Shown: piece by piece, positions 1 to 13,665 of the stretch | Layout of the letters: every line of letters begins with the position of its first letter | Position numbering within the stretch: the stretch's first letter is position 1 | Source: Squalus acanthias | Lineage: Eukaryota | Assembly (NCBI GenBank): GCA_030390025.1 | Contig: CM059447.1 | Span: 2,604,001-2,668,000, forward strand | Reading direction: 5' to 3' | Length of the DNA: 64,000 bases | Notes under the pieces: model-generated | Seen by the model: the letters and a program-made list of their open reading frames with translations, nothing else | Databases searched by the model: none | Told to the model about the DNA's origin: nothing | Made by a program: the position numbers and the translations under genes

Positions 1-1269
1 ACTGGGTTAGATTTTCTGCCCATTGACCATGAATGGGTAGAAATTAGCCGACTGTACTCAGCCCTTCTAAAGCAGCTGCTCACTCATTTTTGTATCAAGT
101 GCTTTTCCACAGGTTGTGTATTGCAGTACTAATGCTGATTATCTTGTTTACTGATTCAGGTTTAATTTACACAGCTATACAAGGTATTAGTCACGCACAG
201 TTTTTTTTGGACAGCTGAGCTTCAAGCTGTATTAAATCTATTTAGTCTCTCCTGTTGATTGAAGTAAAATTTGCTTCCACAAACCACTGGAATGGATATG
301 GAGTGCAGCCTGCCCAGAATTGTATTCAATTTGCCACATTATTGGGCTTACGAACAACAACAAAAAAATGGAGACGAGCTTGTGTGGGGGAGGTGACGGG
401 GGAAGCAAAAGGTCACAGAAGAAAGCAAAGAAATTAAGCGGTACAGGCAGAAAAATAACAATGAAAAATAGGGCTGTAGAAACGCAGCAAAAATGAGATT
501 TAAAGGAATCTCAAAAGTCCACAACTAAACACACGCAAATGTATTTGTCTATTCACACATGAATATTTACATCAAGGTTATGTGTAGAGATTTAGGTATG
601 TTTATCTTCATATCAAATGAGATATGTTAACCTGGGTAGGAGGGAAAGGCAGGAAAGATGTTAACAATCTTATTGGGAAATTAAGATATAAAATAGCATC
701 AGTATAAGCTACGAGTTGGTGATAACAACAGCAGCCACAATGAACTGCTCAACAACAAACCTTTCAAGCTGGTATGAAAAGGTCATTCTTGGCAATATCC
801 ATAAATATGAAAACCTCTAAAAACCAAGGACATCACTAATCGTGCACAATCGTACTCTTTAAAAGTCAACCACTTTGCTCATCGAGAGGGTTAAGCGAGC
901 TCAGTTACCAATTAATTTAAGACCTCGGTTTCTAACAGAGCAGATAAACTGCTGAAACCTCTTGATCTCACTGCTGATGAATAAATCAAGACAACCCACT
1001 GAATGTGTGTGTAAGACTGGCACGGTTAAAATGGAGCCACAGGTTTCTGATGCAACAAGAATTAAATGGATGCATGCAGACAGGCAAAAGTGCAGCCATA
1101 CCATAGTAGAGACTGAATTCAGACTTTTCCCCCCTGAAATTGCTTTGAGAACGGGATGGTAGAGAGAGACAGTGCTTCAGTTTAGATTTGCATACATAGT
1201 AAAATGGAAGACATTTCCCCAATGTTTTTGAGTAAATGCACTACCCAGGATCATACTAAGGCATATAAA

Positions 1270-1470
1270 TCAGGAAGATTTCAGATTCAATCACCAGTCT
1301 ATACCGAGATAGGTGATGCCAGCTGTTGCTGCTACAATGTTCCTCAGTGTTCCTGGGTTGGGGAAGGGAGAAGAAGGGGCTATAGCCAGGGTTGCCATTC
1401 TTGATCCCTATCCAATGACCGTTGCTGGAAAGTGTTTGAGAAACTGGATGGACAGTGGAGTGTTGCATTA
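1270..1470 (+). mobile_element. Degenerate copy of an old tRNA-derived SINE-like repeat
   Basis: Shares the core gccagggttgccattcttgatccctatccaatgaccgttgctggaaagtg with reverse-strand copies near 31900 and 54600. Confidence 0.5.
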
Positions 1471-1516
1471 CTTTCCTCCTTTTCTGTGTCTGCCGGTACT
1501 ACATAAATTTTGCCCA

Positions 1517-1689
1517 CAATGTTCCTGCTAAGTTGCGCGCACGTGGCCGCGCAGGCATCTGCAAAGTCCCGGGCAAGCCGCTCAATGGCTTGTACATTGT
1601 AAATACTGCGCATGCGCAGAAACTTAAAGGGACCATGCATTAAAAGAAACAGGCCTCGCAGAACAAAGCGCAGCTCACAGGGAACATAG
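1517..1689 (+). mobile_element. hAT-type non-autonomous DNA transposon (MITE), copy 1
   Basis: TIRs caatgttcc...ggaacatag; 8-bp flanks tttgccca/tctgcccc (6/8); central tgcgcatgcgca; similar to 47864-48029. Confidence 0.75.
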
Positions 1690-2243
1690 TCTGCCCCCGA
1701 TGTCTATTCATGTTGTTTGGCAACTGGTTTGTGAGCACATCCCAGGCGACACAGCCCTCCTGTTTCCTTTTCCTCACAGCTAAGATTAGTAACTAATTGG
1801 GGGAAAACTGTGAACACAAACCCACATCCTAACACTCTGTGGCACAGTGTTCAAGTTAGCTTTATGGAAAGCTGGTAATAAAGATTTCCTCTGAGCACGA
1901 TGTATATCATACACTGTTCATAAAGAAAACTAAGCAAATCTTCCCATGGACATTTCCTTTAATGCCCATTATCCTTATCTCCTTCAGTCTCGGCAGCCTC
2001 CTGCAGCCCACAGGCTCTTAAAACCCCAAGTTTAACATTGTGTGATCACTGCTACCCAATTTACTTCCTCTGATCTCCTATACATTTCCATCTTAGTGGG
2101 ATCCTGCACTATGGGTCTCAATTCAGTCAACCAATCACTGTGATATGCTGCATGTCGGTTTGCTGCCTGCTCAACTTCCTGGCAGTCAAAGACATTAGGG
2201 GGGGGGATAAGACGACGCCATAACCAGAAACACGGTACTTACA

Positions 2244-2480
2244 GCAACAACTTGCATTTATTGAGCACCTTTAAGGTAGTAAAACGTCCCAAGGCGCTTC
2301 ACAAGAGCGTAATCAGACAAAGTTTGACACCAAGCCACATAAGGAGATATTCAGACAGGAAACTTGGTCAAAGAGGTAGGTTTTAAGGAGCGTCTTAAAA
2401 GGAGAGAGAGCAGCAGAGGGAGGGAATTCCAGAGTTTCGGGCCCGGGCAGCTGAAGGCACAGCCACCAATGGTGGGGTGA
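2244..2480 (-). mobile_element. L2-clade LINE 3' fragment
   Basis: Minus strand encodes the RT C-terminus type (PKLWNSLP...FKTLLKTYLF) followed by the ...ataaatgcaagttgttg tail; matches 18451, 35425 and 11431 copies. Confidence 0.75.
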
Positions 2481-2734
2481 TTACCAAGATTTTAAAATGA
2501 CATCAGAGAATGAGCACGCTTGGAAATGCACTGTTCACAAATATATACAGTGATCATAATGGAGAAAAAGAACTCTTTTTACTGTGGCCAATGGACTATT
2601 GACAAAAGTCATGGGGAAATTCAGTGAAGTACAAGCTGGTGGGATTTGAACAAAAAGCAACGCTGTACGCTGACAACCTACATGACCAGAGCCACTACCT
2701 CGGTACCTGTCATCGTAAGATCACAAGATAGTTA

Positions 2735-3040
2735 CAGATGAGACCATTCCACCCATCTTAGTTCATTCATCCAAAATGGCCCTGAAGATAACACACCCGC
2801 CCCCCCCACTGCAGAATTCAATTGGTTTTTAAATGATTCCAGGATTTTGGCCTCTACTACCCAATCCAAGAGGCCACTCCATGTGCTGGTGACTCTTCGT
2901 GAAGAACGAACTGGACACCCCTAAAATTACTTTTTACTAGTATGAACCCGTGTCCCCTTGTTCGACTATCATAATTTAATTTAAAAGTAATATTCCATAT
3001 TTACCTTTTCCATACCATTTACTATTTTACATTACATAGG
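2735..3040 (-). mobile_element. Highly degenerate CR1 3' fragment
   Basis: Remnants such as aacccgtgtccccttgttc (antisense of RTRGH) and CR1 3' UTR-like sequence. Confidence 0.45.
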
Positions 3041-4084
3041 ATCAGTCGCTAAGAAGATATGCACATGACTGACTATTCTACTGGATCGGTCAGCCCTCTC
3101 CCCAATCTGGTGCAACAAAGAACTTCCAAGGTTGTTGTAGCTACAAGTAGATTCAGAGCCTGGCATAAGAAAAGCATCAGCTCCTTCACAAGGGTGAGAT
3201 CTTGTCCTTTCGGCAATTGATGGACAAATCCGACCTCACTCAATGGGTAACTCAAGTACTCCCAAATCAAGCACTTCCTCCAGGAGCCAATGCTTTGCAA
3301 ATTGGCTGCCTCATTTGCCTACAAAGCAATGATGAAATTTCAAAGTAATTAATTAGCCACGAAGAACATGAAAGGAATTATATAAATGCAAGTTCATTCA
3401 TTCAGTGAGTCGACTCTATGAAGCTATTTGCTCTCAACTATTAAGATAACGACACATGTATTTGCTCTGTTTACCAATTTTTACAGCTTTAACGGACTTG
3501 TATTTGTGAAGGAGAGTAGCTTTATTTCAATGCACTCAACGGTGTCTCTGGCAAGCAGCCAAAGGAGCCATTAATACCATGTGTGGAGATGCCCAATTGT
3601 TATCAAATGGGGAACGATGGCACAGCAGCAGGTCAAGCATGAGAGAATTTCACCGCTGCCCCTCACCCCATTTAGGAATTATTTTAAAAGTCTGACAGAT
3701 TACTCCCTTCTTTAGCTAGGAAAGTTGCATATCATTACTGTGCTTGCAGCACTGCCCTAACTGAGATAAGCTCGTTCAGCACATCGTGGATTCAACCTGG
3801 GGCTCTCCTGGTTTAAGGGGCTCAATTGCACAGAGCATGCAGGCACCAACAGCCATCGGAGAGCTCATAAGATTGTAATGTTAATTCATTGGTCTGGGCG
3901 CATCAAAAAATCCAAGATACTCCAAAGCAGCAGATGACTATTTTAGGTTATGGCACACGAGTCAGACACCTGGCACCCAAAACAAGCAGAGTCAGCGGGG
4001 ACAGTGTTAGATGGGAATTGAACTGTCCATTGAGGGGATGCAGTGCAAGATGAAGCAGGAGTTGGGGTCAAAAAGGGGAAAATG

Positions 4085-4222
4085 AACACTTGAAACGCCA
4101 TAGCATACAAGGCTACGGACCAAGTGCTGGAAAATGGGATTAGAATAGACAGGGCTTGATGGCTGGCGCGGACACGATGGGCCGAAGGGCCTCTTTCTGT
4201 GCTGTATAACTCTATGACTCTA
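4085..4222 (+). mobile_element. CR1 LINE 3' tail fragment
   Basis: ggctacgg...gatgggccgaagggcctctttctgtgctgtataactctatgactct, a typical CR1 3' UTR with an octamer-like tail. Confidence 0.7.
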
Positions 4223-5444
4223 ATGCAAAGATGATGATGACAATTATAAAGTCTGGCTCCGCTGGTAGCAGTATTTCAGTTGTGAAAAATGAGAAACCTG
4301 CCCCGAATGAGAAATTTCATTTGTATTTTGACATCTTATTGAAAGGTCTAACTTGTTAAAATTGAAAATGTTTTAAATTATCTTCAAACTGATACAACTG
4401 CATATGTTTTACTAACGGAACATACGCAATTTGCACAGCTGAGAATAAAAACACAATGAAGTGAGACCAATAGCTCGATTTTAACACTTATCCAGAATTA
4501 TTTACTTCGTTGGTCATCCTAATTTACTGTGACACTGTCTCCAACATTAAAAAATTAAAAGGCACTGCACAAACAAATCTGTTTCAAATATATGCTGTCA
4601 CACTGAATAGAGTTGTGAAGCTGCCTCAATGTGGTGTGGCAGCATGCGACCAAAAATTTGTTACACTTGTAATCTTCTCCAATAATTAAGGTAGGGTAAA
4701 GTCTTGCAACACAACTCAAGAGCTATTCATGATCGAGCTGACACATTGATGATTCAAGAGACGAGACATCAAGAACACAGACTGTCAAAACTTTACAGTC
4801 TAAACTGTACATCAAAAACTCAATGAACCGTGAAGACAATTTATCAGTGGAATAATAAATAAGAGCTCAATTTTAATCCTGAAAATAACGCAGCCTGTTG
4901 GGCAATGTCAGGCAGTCTGTGCCAAATACGGTAACATTATGAAAACAAACAAATCTTTTCATCTGCAGAAATTTGAGGCATAAATCAATTTTTGCTGTGA
5001 AGGGCCCTTTCATGCTTCACTATCTGTGTGGAATTACACATGGAAAAAACAAATATAATAGGAGTAAAAACCGAATTCCTCCTGCCACCCCTAAAATATC
5101 AGTGAAATCAATCTTCAAGGATACCAACTTGTACCATGGAGTGCGAGATGTTCCACTTCAAATCGACAAGTGAACCCAGCCTGCTTGTGTCAACTCTACA
5201 ATAGCCATTTAAAGGGCAACATTAGCAGAGGCCTGAGACGAGGTTCATGTCTGGCCTTCTCCTCGATGAGATACAACAGTGCGTGACACAAAGGAAGCTC
5301 AAATAGGGAGAGGGAATACACTGTAATTGCGAGGCAACCATCTTCAGAACCAAAAGCAGGGTCAGAGTACCAGAATAACCACGTCTGGTTTTAAAAAAGA
5401 CACAAACAATCCCTTCTCTAGCCATCCGATTTTTTTTTTTTTTA

Positions 5445-6095
5445 CATGGAATTTACAGCACAGAAGCAGGCCATTTGCCCAACTGGTCTATGCCAGTGTT
5501 TATGCTCCACACGAGTCTCCTCATTTAACCCTATCTGCATATCCTTCTATTCCTTTCTCCCTCGTGTGTTTATCTAGCTTCCCCTTTAATGCCTCAATTA
5601 CTTTTTATGGTAGCGAGTTCCACATTCTAACCACTCTCTGGGTAAAGAAGTTTCTCCTGAATTCTTTATTGAATTTATTGGTGACTATCTTATATCCCTA
5701 GTTTTGGACTCCCTCACAAGAGGAAACATCTTCACTACGTCTACCCTATCAAACCCCTTCATAATTCTAAACACCTCTTTTAGGTCACCCCTCAGCCTTC
5801 CCTTTTGTAGAGGAAAGAGTCTCAGTCTGTTCAGTCTTTCCTGATCGTTATAACCTCTCAGTTCTGGTATCATCCGTGTAAATCTTCTCCAGTGCCTCTC
5901 TATCCTTTTTTATCAGATGGAGAACAGAACTGTATACAGTACACTCTTTAAAAGTTTAACGTAACTTCCCTGCTTTTCAATTCTATTCCTCCAGCCAGTG
6001 CTTTGTTTGCATGATTTATGGCCTTCTTAACTCGCTTTGCTACTTTTTATGATTTGCGAATGTGTACCTCTATATCCCTTGGCCCCTCTACCTTC
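5445..6095 (-). mobile_element. CR1 LINE 3' fragment
   Basis: ORF 5685-5873(-) RLNRLRLFPLQKGRLRGDLKEVFRIMKGFDRV is the CR1 ORF2 C-terminus; CR1 3' UTR at 5445-5560. Confidence 0.85.
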
Positions 6096-7448
6096 TTCCC
6101 AACGATAAACACACTTCAGACAAAAGAGGAGACTTGGACCAACCCAAAGTCATACGCCTGTGATGCTTGTCAGACAACCTCCTCAAAGCATGGTGTGTAC
6201 AGAAAGAGACTACTCTGATTAGATTAGGAATTGGCCACGTGAGAGTGGATGGACCCCATGGGTCTCGGACCTTCCTTGAATACGTTAGCCATTTATACAA
6301 ATCAAAGTCCCAGCCCAATGTAAATCACTGAGGAAAAATGTCACAGCTGGAGTCAGGCAAAGCTTCTTGTAGGAAATAAATCAATAAATTAAAAATGAAT
6401 TTTGAACAAATTAAGACAGGTGACACTGGTGGGAAAAGTGTGAATGTACCTGATGCCAAGGGTGGAGAAGGAATTAAAGATGGCCAGGTGGAGACATGGA
6501 AGAAATCACAAGGGTCCAAATGAAGTCTCTTGAAAGCATGAAATTTCAAGGTTGCATGGTTCAGTTTATCCACAATATGAGGAAGACACTGAAGAATGTT
6601 TTTGATTTATTCACTGTAAAACTTAAATGAACTGCAAAAATATGAAAGTTTCTCTAGTGTACTGCTGTGAAACAAATTCTATATGATTAACCAATGTGGC
6701 AGTCGAGTCTGCAGCGACATTCACCAAATGTGTCTGGGGAACAGCGCACATTTATCGAATGCCCCGAGCTCTTCAAAAAGCACTTTCAGTGAAGTGTAAA
6801 CGGCCGAGGCTAAAATAAAGACATCTCCGTTCTGTAGTAAGCTGAAAACTGTAGAGGGAATTTTGCCAACCAGCCTTGTTCTAATTTGATTGTATCGTTT
6901 TAAAAATTAATAGTTAACCCTGGGCAACATTCTATGTGCTCGCGACATGACTTCTTCTTTCTTTACTTAAGATGACAGAATAGTACAATATTGATAAATA
7001 TCATGCATTCTGTAATCTTTTTATCTTCCTTTCATTTTGAAATCCTCGTTTCTCCAGGGTTTCTTTTATGCAGGGTTATCTTGAACAGGAAACATCCACC
7101 TTCTACCACACAAAAAGGACTTTAAGTAGGTCAACCAGCTGTATTTTCTCATCATCCTGCAGTTTAAAAAAAAAGACTAAGTACACCCACACATTGTTCC
7201 TGCCACTATAGATTCAATATGTACTTGACTTCACCCTACCCACACTATTGGGAGATAGCTTCAAGGTATCCCAATGACCTAATACTTGTTTACACAAGGG
7301 CTGTTGAGCAAGAAGCTGAAGATGTTTGTATCTGTTGCTTTCTAAATATTTAACGGAATTCTCCAGGATTAAGTCCTACAATCATTCTGGAGTATGCATC
7401 AGGAAATCTGCCCCTGTTTTTAAAGGTGCCATTTTTTTTAAACTTATT

Positions 7449-8832
7449 AATTCACGGGATGTGGGCGTCGCGGGCAATGCCAGCATTTGTTGCCCATCTC
7501 TAATTGCCCTTGAGGGGGTGGTGGTGAGCCGCCTGTGTGAACTGCTGTAGTCGTGTGGTGAAGGCGCTCCCACAGTGCGGTTAGGGAGGGAGTTCCAGGA
7601 TTTTGACACAGCGATATATTTCCAAGTCAGGATGGGGTGTAACTTGGAGGTGGTGGTGTTCCCACACAGCTGATGCTCTTGCCCTTCTAAGGTGGTAGAG
7701 GTCGCGGGTTTGGGAGGTGCTGCCAAAGAAGCCTTGGCGAGTTGCTACAGTGCATCTTGTAGATGGTACACACTGCAGCCACGGTACGCCGGTGGTGGAG
7801 GGAGTGAATGTTTAAGGTGGTGGATGGGGTGCCAATCAAGCGGACTGCTTTGTCTTGGATGGTGTCGAGCTTCTTGAGTGTTGTTGGAGCTGCACTCATC
7901 CAGGCAAGTGGAGAGTATTCCATCACACTCCTTACTTGTGCCTTGTAGATGGTGGAAAGGCTTTGGGGAGTCAGGAGTTGAGTCACTCGCCACAGAATAC
8001 CCAGCCTCTGCCCTGCTCTTGTAGCCACAGTATTTATGTGGCAGGTCCAATTCTGGTCAATCGTGACCCCCCAGGGTGTTGATGGTGGGGGATTCGGCGA
8101 TGGTAATGTTATTGAAGGTCATGGGGAGGTGGTTAGACTCTCTCTGGTTGGAGATAGTCATTGCCTGGCAATTGTGTTACTTGCCACTTAACAGCTCAAA
8201 CCTAGATGTTGTCCAGGTCTTGCTGCATGCGGGCATGGAATGCTTCATTATCTGAAGAAATGTGAATGAAACTGAACACAGTGCAATCATCAGCGAACAG
8301 CCACACTTCTGACCTTATGATGGAGGAAAGGTCATTGATGAAGCAGCTGAAGATGGTTGGGCCTAGGACACTGCCCTGAGGAACTCCTGCAGCGATGTCC
8401 TGGGGCTGAGATGATTAGTCTCCAACAACCACAACCATCTTCCTTTGTTAGGTATGATTGCAGCCAGTGCAGAGTTTTCCCCCTGATTCCCATTGACTTC
8501 AATTTTACTAGGGCTCCTTGATGCCACACTCGGTCAAATGCTACCTTGATGTCAAGGGCAGTCACTCTCATCTCACCTCTGGAATTCAGCTGTTTTGTCC
8601 ATGTTTGGATCAAGGCTGTAATGAGGTCTGAAGCTCAGTGGTCCTGGCGGAACCCAAACTGAGCATCGGTGAGCGGGTTATTGGTGAGCAAGTGCCACTT
8701 CATAGCACTGTTGACGACATCTTCCATCACTTTGCTGATGATTGAAAGTAGGCTGATCGGGTGGGGGGGGGGGATAATTTGCTGTGAAGGGTTTGTCCTG
8801 CTTTTTGTGGACAGGACATACCGTGGCAATTT
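7449..8832 (-). mobile_element. CR1-group non-LTR retrotransposon (L2/Crack-like family), RT fragment with frameshifts
   Basis: ORFs with PISLLSIISKVME, QFGFRQ, ALDIKVAFDRVWHQG and IYKAQVRSVMEYSPLAW; 3' tail ...gccagcgacgcccacatccc type. Confidence 0.88.
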
Positions 8833-10500
8833 TCCAATTCACAAAATGTATTTGATAAAACTTTGTTGGATTTTAAACACATGATCTGACTACTCAAATA
8901 TTATTTCACAAATTCAATGGTCAGCTTCAACTCGCAGTGTACACTCTGACTCCCCCGACTCCTACTGCTCCACTGAAAGCAATGATCCATTTCAACTCAC
9001 AGTATGAGCACTAATTCGTGGCAAGTTAAATGCAGTTTTATACTGTGGGCCGATGCTCATTATGAATTGGATTGAGACTGCTCAAACTCATTTCACTTTG
9101 CAGTCAGCTGACAAAAGATTTCCCCCCTGGTAATCTAGACTGAAGATGAACATGTCTAACGCAGTGGTATTAAGGAACGGAGCTGAAGGAATCACTGATG
9201 CCAACAGAGTGAAAAAGCCGAATTAACTCTGGTAACAGGGCAATTAAGCGGAGCACCTCGGCTGTTCTTATTAACTCAGCTCACTCATATTAGTCTCTGC
9301 AGGTCGAAGTCATTTCCACCAACTGACTCGCACTATTTAAACACAAATATGCAGAAAAATCAGAAGCAAATAGACTGTATTAGCAATTATTCTTTGCAAA
9401 AGCTGGATTTCTTTAAATGAGCATGGTTGGCAACACTCACTTTTGACGGAAAATATGCATTTCCTACGTACATGTACACGAGAAACTTGCAATACCAATT
9501 AGTTAGCGTTATAAAGGAAGTAGCCTAGAGGTTCACTCCAGGTGCAGATGCGTCCATTTTAATGAACTTTGGGAAGCAAAATATTTCCAAATTACCTTCA
9601 GCCACCTGAGCAATGGGCACATGGTCGCAACACATCTGCAAGGGACTAAAATGAGCCACAAGGTCACGGTTATAAGCAATGCAACTAAAAAATATTGTAG
9701 ACTTTAGACAACCTCAAGCAGAGTAAAACGGCAGCAAAAATTCCCAAAATTGCACTGTGTGACGGGTGAAGTATGTTACAGTCCCTATGGGGAGCCCCAG
9801 GCCCAGCCCTATTGGAGGGGGGCGATATGGGTTTACTCAAAGACCTCAGCCTGTGCATCTTCCTTTGGCCTACTCTGCGTGTCCTCAGCAAACCAGCTGA
9901 AAACTGACTTTGAGATCTGGTCCTCAGACTCCTAGAGGCTAGAAAGACTGTTTCTGTAGCAAGAATGACACTGATCTCATAATGCTTAAGAGATGGCAGA
10001 GTGAATTGCTTCTAATTGTGTGAACGTTGCCCTAATCTTTAAGGTACAAAGTATGGGGGAAGAAAAGCAGAAACAGGCACAATCTGTATGACCACATTTT
10101 TCTGTGTCTCTATACATGTATAACTATGAAAAAAACAGCCACCACAGTGCTACAAAAACAGAAAAGTAAAGTTGAAATAACTAAATATTAAAAATAGTTC
10201 TGAAATACTAAGTAATTTGAAGTCGTGGGCCCTGCACCTTGTACTCAATTTATGTACAATCCCAGAGAGACATCAGCTGATTGGCCTGCTCAACTGCAAC
10301 TAAAAGAACATTGTCCCTGAGCAATGTGACATGAGAGCTCTTTTTTTAAAACAAAGATCAACTCTTTAGGTGAGTGACCTTTTTGGATTATTTGTCAGGT
10401 CACTGTCTCTTCCGCTCCCTCCCCCTGTTGGATACTGGACCAGAAAAGGGGGAGCTGGTCACTGGAGTGGCAAGATTAGCATTTTCCCCTCAAACACAAG

Positions 10501-10861
10501 ATTAGCAAACTCCAGCATATACCACACCAACATCTTGCACATTAGCAAACTCCAGCATATACCACACCAACATCTTGCACATTAGCAAACTCCAGCATAT
10601 ACCACACCAACATCCTGCATTAGCAAACTCCAGCATATACCACACCAACATCCTGTACATTAGCAAACTAGCATATACCCACACCCATAGCAACTCCAGC
10701 ACATTAGCCACAACATCTTGCACATTAGTAAACTCTAGCAGAGACCACACCAACATCCTGCATTAGCAAACTCTAGCAGATACCACACCAACATGCTGCA
10801 CATTAGCAAACTCTAGCATATACCACACCAACATCTTGCACATTAGCAAACTCCAGCATAT
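10501..10861. repeat. Minisatellite, ~40-bp unit attagcaaactccagcatataccacaccaacatcttgcac, about 9 copies
   Basis: The first two units are identical (10501-10540, 10541-10580); later units are 38-40 bp with substitutions, and there is a degenerate middle unit. Confidence 0.95.
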
Positions 10862-11430
10862 CCTCCTCCACCCTCCAGCAGAAAAGCACTGGCAATGGTG
10901 GGGAAAAAAAAACAACCAATACTATTTTTATTTCATGAATGAATACTGGAAGCACTTTTACGGCATTTTACATCAACCAATTCTACTTTCCATTCTCTGA
11001 CATTCGAAGTTACTCGGAGCCTGTGGTTGACTGCTTCGATTGAAGATCATTCTGCTATCTGGTTAATTAAAAAGCAATTTAGTATTTATTGAGCTGACTG
11101 GCGAGCTTGAAACTCTGATTAATATATTAAACAGGTTGCTTTTACTAACAGTATGGAACAGTGATTTTTAAAACAAATCCAGCTCTTTATGTTCTCCCAG
11201 CTGGGTCCCAGGGCTACCTGATGCTCTAACAGGTTTGCCTCAGGTAGTAGAGTCTTGCAAGCTCTGTAACAGGTCATTCGAAGTGTCATATCTTTTCTTT
11301 TCATTTGTTCACGATATGTGGAATGCTGGTCAGACCACATTTATTGCCCAGCCCAAGCTGTTCCAAAGCGACAGTGGCCAGTGTTCTCCTTGAGCAGTTG
11401 CAATCCTTGCGTGATGGTGCTTCACAAGAT

Positions 11431-11689
11431 TTGCTTCGCTCCACCAATGGCGGCCGTGCCTTCAACTGCCGAGGCCCTAAGCTCTGGAATTCCCTCGCTA
11501 AACCTCTCCACCTCTCTACCTCCTTTAAGACGCTCCTTAAACCCTACCTCTACGAACAAGCTTTTGGTCACCTGTCCTAATATCTCGTGGCTCGGGTGTC
11601 AAATTTTGTTTGATAACGCTCCTGTGATGCACCTTGGGACATTTTACTATGTTAAAGGCGCTATATAATTGCAAGTTATTGCTGCTGCA
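11431..11689 (+). mobile_element. L2-clade LINE 3' fragment
   Basis: LRSTNGGRAFNCRGPKLWNSLAKPLHLSTSFKTLLKPYLY plus the ...aaaggcgctatataattgcaagtt tail. Confidence 0.8.
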
Positions 11690-11812
11690 TTAGGTAGGGA
11701 ATTCTAGGATTTCGATCCAGCAATGATGAAGGAATCGCGCTACATGTCCAAGTCAGGATGGCGGGTGACCTGGAGGTGATGGTGTTTCTATAATACTACT
11801 GCTCTTGTCCTC

Positions 11813-12199
11813 CCAAAACAAGCGCTGTACTCGGAGCTCCGACACGGCAAGAGAGCCCCAGGTGGGCGGAGGAAACACTTCAAGGACACCCTCAAAGCTT
11901 CCTTGAAAAAGTGCAACATCTCCACTGACACCTGGGAATCCCTGGTCCAAGACCGCACAAAATGGAGGAGAAGCATCCGGGAAGGCGCCGAACACCTCGA
12001 GTCTCTTCGCCGGGAGCAAGCGGAAGCCAAGCGCAAGGAGCGCACGTCAACCCAAGCACGCCACCCACCCGCCCCTTCAACCACCGTCTGCCCCACCTGT
12101 GACAGAGACTGTAGGTCCCGCACTGGACTCATCAGTCACCTGAGAACTCATTTTTAATGTGGAAGCAAGTCATCCTCGGTTCCGAGGGACTGCCTAAGA
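11813..12199 (+). mobile_element. RTE-clade LINE, 5'-truncated 3' end, with 12-bp TSD gctcttgtcctc (11801-11812 / 12200-12211)
   Basis: PKQALYSELRHGKRAPGG...KDTLKASLKKC...CPTCDRDCRSRTGLISHLRTH (C-terminal zinc finger); exact TSD. Confidence 0.92.
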
Positions 12200-12629
12200 G
12201 CTCTTGTCCTCAGCAGTAGAGGCTGCAGGGCTAGCAGGCAAGTCTCAGAGGCGTTCATATCGGTTGGGGGTAAATTGCCCATCTTTAATAAAATCTGTTA
12301 ACCTTCCAGGAAATGCCAGTGAACACGGATTATTTCCACAGTCCTGACTATTGAATTCTTGCAAATGAATATACTCACATGAAGATAGGGACCACCAGGG
12401 GCAAAGACAAATGGGGCTGGATGAAGCACATGAATTGCCTTTACAAATGTTCTGAGATAGAAAGTATGCACGCTCTGTATTTATAAAACTACAAGGTAAT
12501 TCAGTACTGAAATGGTTACAATAAATGGTGCAGTGTTAAGACAATTTCTGTTTTTGTGGAATAACCAGGCATCTCAGGTCCAGCGACATTCACTTGCTCA
12601 GAAAAAAAAGAGGTAAGGGAGAAGAGAGA

Positions 12630-12667
12630 TGGGGGTGGGGTGGGGGGGGGGGGGGGGGGGGGGGGTG
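12630..12667. repeat. G-rich run / poly-G tract
   Basis: gggggtggggt followed by more than 20 consecutive G. Confidence 0.85.
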
Positions 12668-13665
12668 AAGAGACAAAACCTCTACCCTGCTTCGGTTACT
12701 TGTCCTCAAACATTTCTGTACAACTCAAATAGGTTCAGGCTTCAATTCGGCTTTGTTCAAATACATTATGACCCACAACGCAGCTGCCATTTATTCCTTT
12801 CACATGTAACATTTGTGAGGCAGTCAAATCACTCAAATCAGATTATCAAGCACACACACCAAGCTCTCTTCAAAAAAAAATTTGAAATCTCAGTAGATTG
12901 ATGCATAGAATTCTCCCCCCTTCTCCAGAAAGGAAACAGAAATAATTATGCATGCAAGTAGTTCAAACCAGACCTCCTGGAGGGTGAAAGGCAATGTAAT
13001 GTGGTTGTGCAATAAGTTATGAGCAAGATAACTGATCCACACAACATTAGTAAAATCGTTCATCACACTCCAGGTTGTGCAATACTCTGGGGAGTAAAAA
13101 AAATTATAATTTCAAATTTCTTCACTGTGATATGGAGGAGGGTTTCCTGCAATATTGGCTTGTGGAATAATAACCACTAAGAAAAAACTAAGACTATAAT
13201 ATGGTGATCTTCACTAAGGATATACGCAAAATGACTCATTGATGAAAGAGCGCCACACGTTTAAATCCAACCCCCAAAGCGTCAAGGCCCTTGTTATTAG
13301 AAAATACCAACCTCTGTTTTAACCAATATAATTTTCAAATAATATAATGGAAAAAGGCACATTTCAGGGTATCTTGGTCATGAACTCTTTGATCAGCATT
13401 ACAGCTTATACTTCATTGGGGTATAGTCCTTTGAGACTCACTGAAAAGCTAACATGCAGCCCACATAGCAACCACACACAACCCAATTTTCAAATCATCC
13501 TGCACTCAAAACACTAATTCCACCAGTACAAATCTCCTATTATGATAAACTCTGCCCTCTATCATCTTACTGTTCCTCCATGAACCAAGAGAGCAACCGG
13601 ATCCATAACCTACTTTGAGGTTTGAATTAATGGGTTTGATTGAAACTGGAAACAGTGTATTGGGT

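Larger units (their letters stand above)
11305..12240 (-). mobile_element. Old CR1-group LINE 3' remnant split into three pieces by L2 and RTE insertions
   Basis: Pieces 11305-11430, 11690-11812 and 12200-12240 align colinearly with 7449-7730. Confidence 0.65.

Noticed and set aside
12-44. Short hairpins (12-44, 22720-22740, 58807-58841) as miRNA or snoRNA
   Set aside because: Stems are too short for pre-miRNA and lack C/D or H/ACA box arrangements; they are likely chance or MITE remnants.
10501-10861. CRISPR-like array of ~40-bp repeats
   Set aside because: Units are contiguous with no unique spacers, there are no cas genes, and the context is a vertebrate intron; it is a minisatellite.
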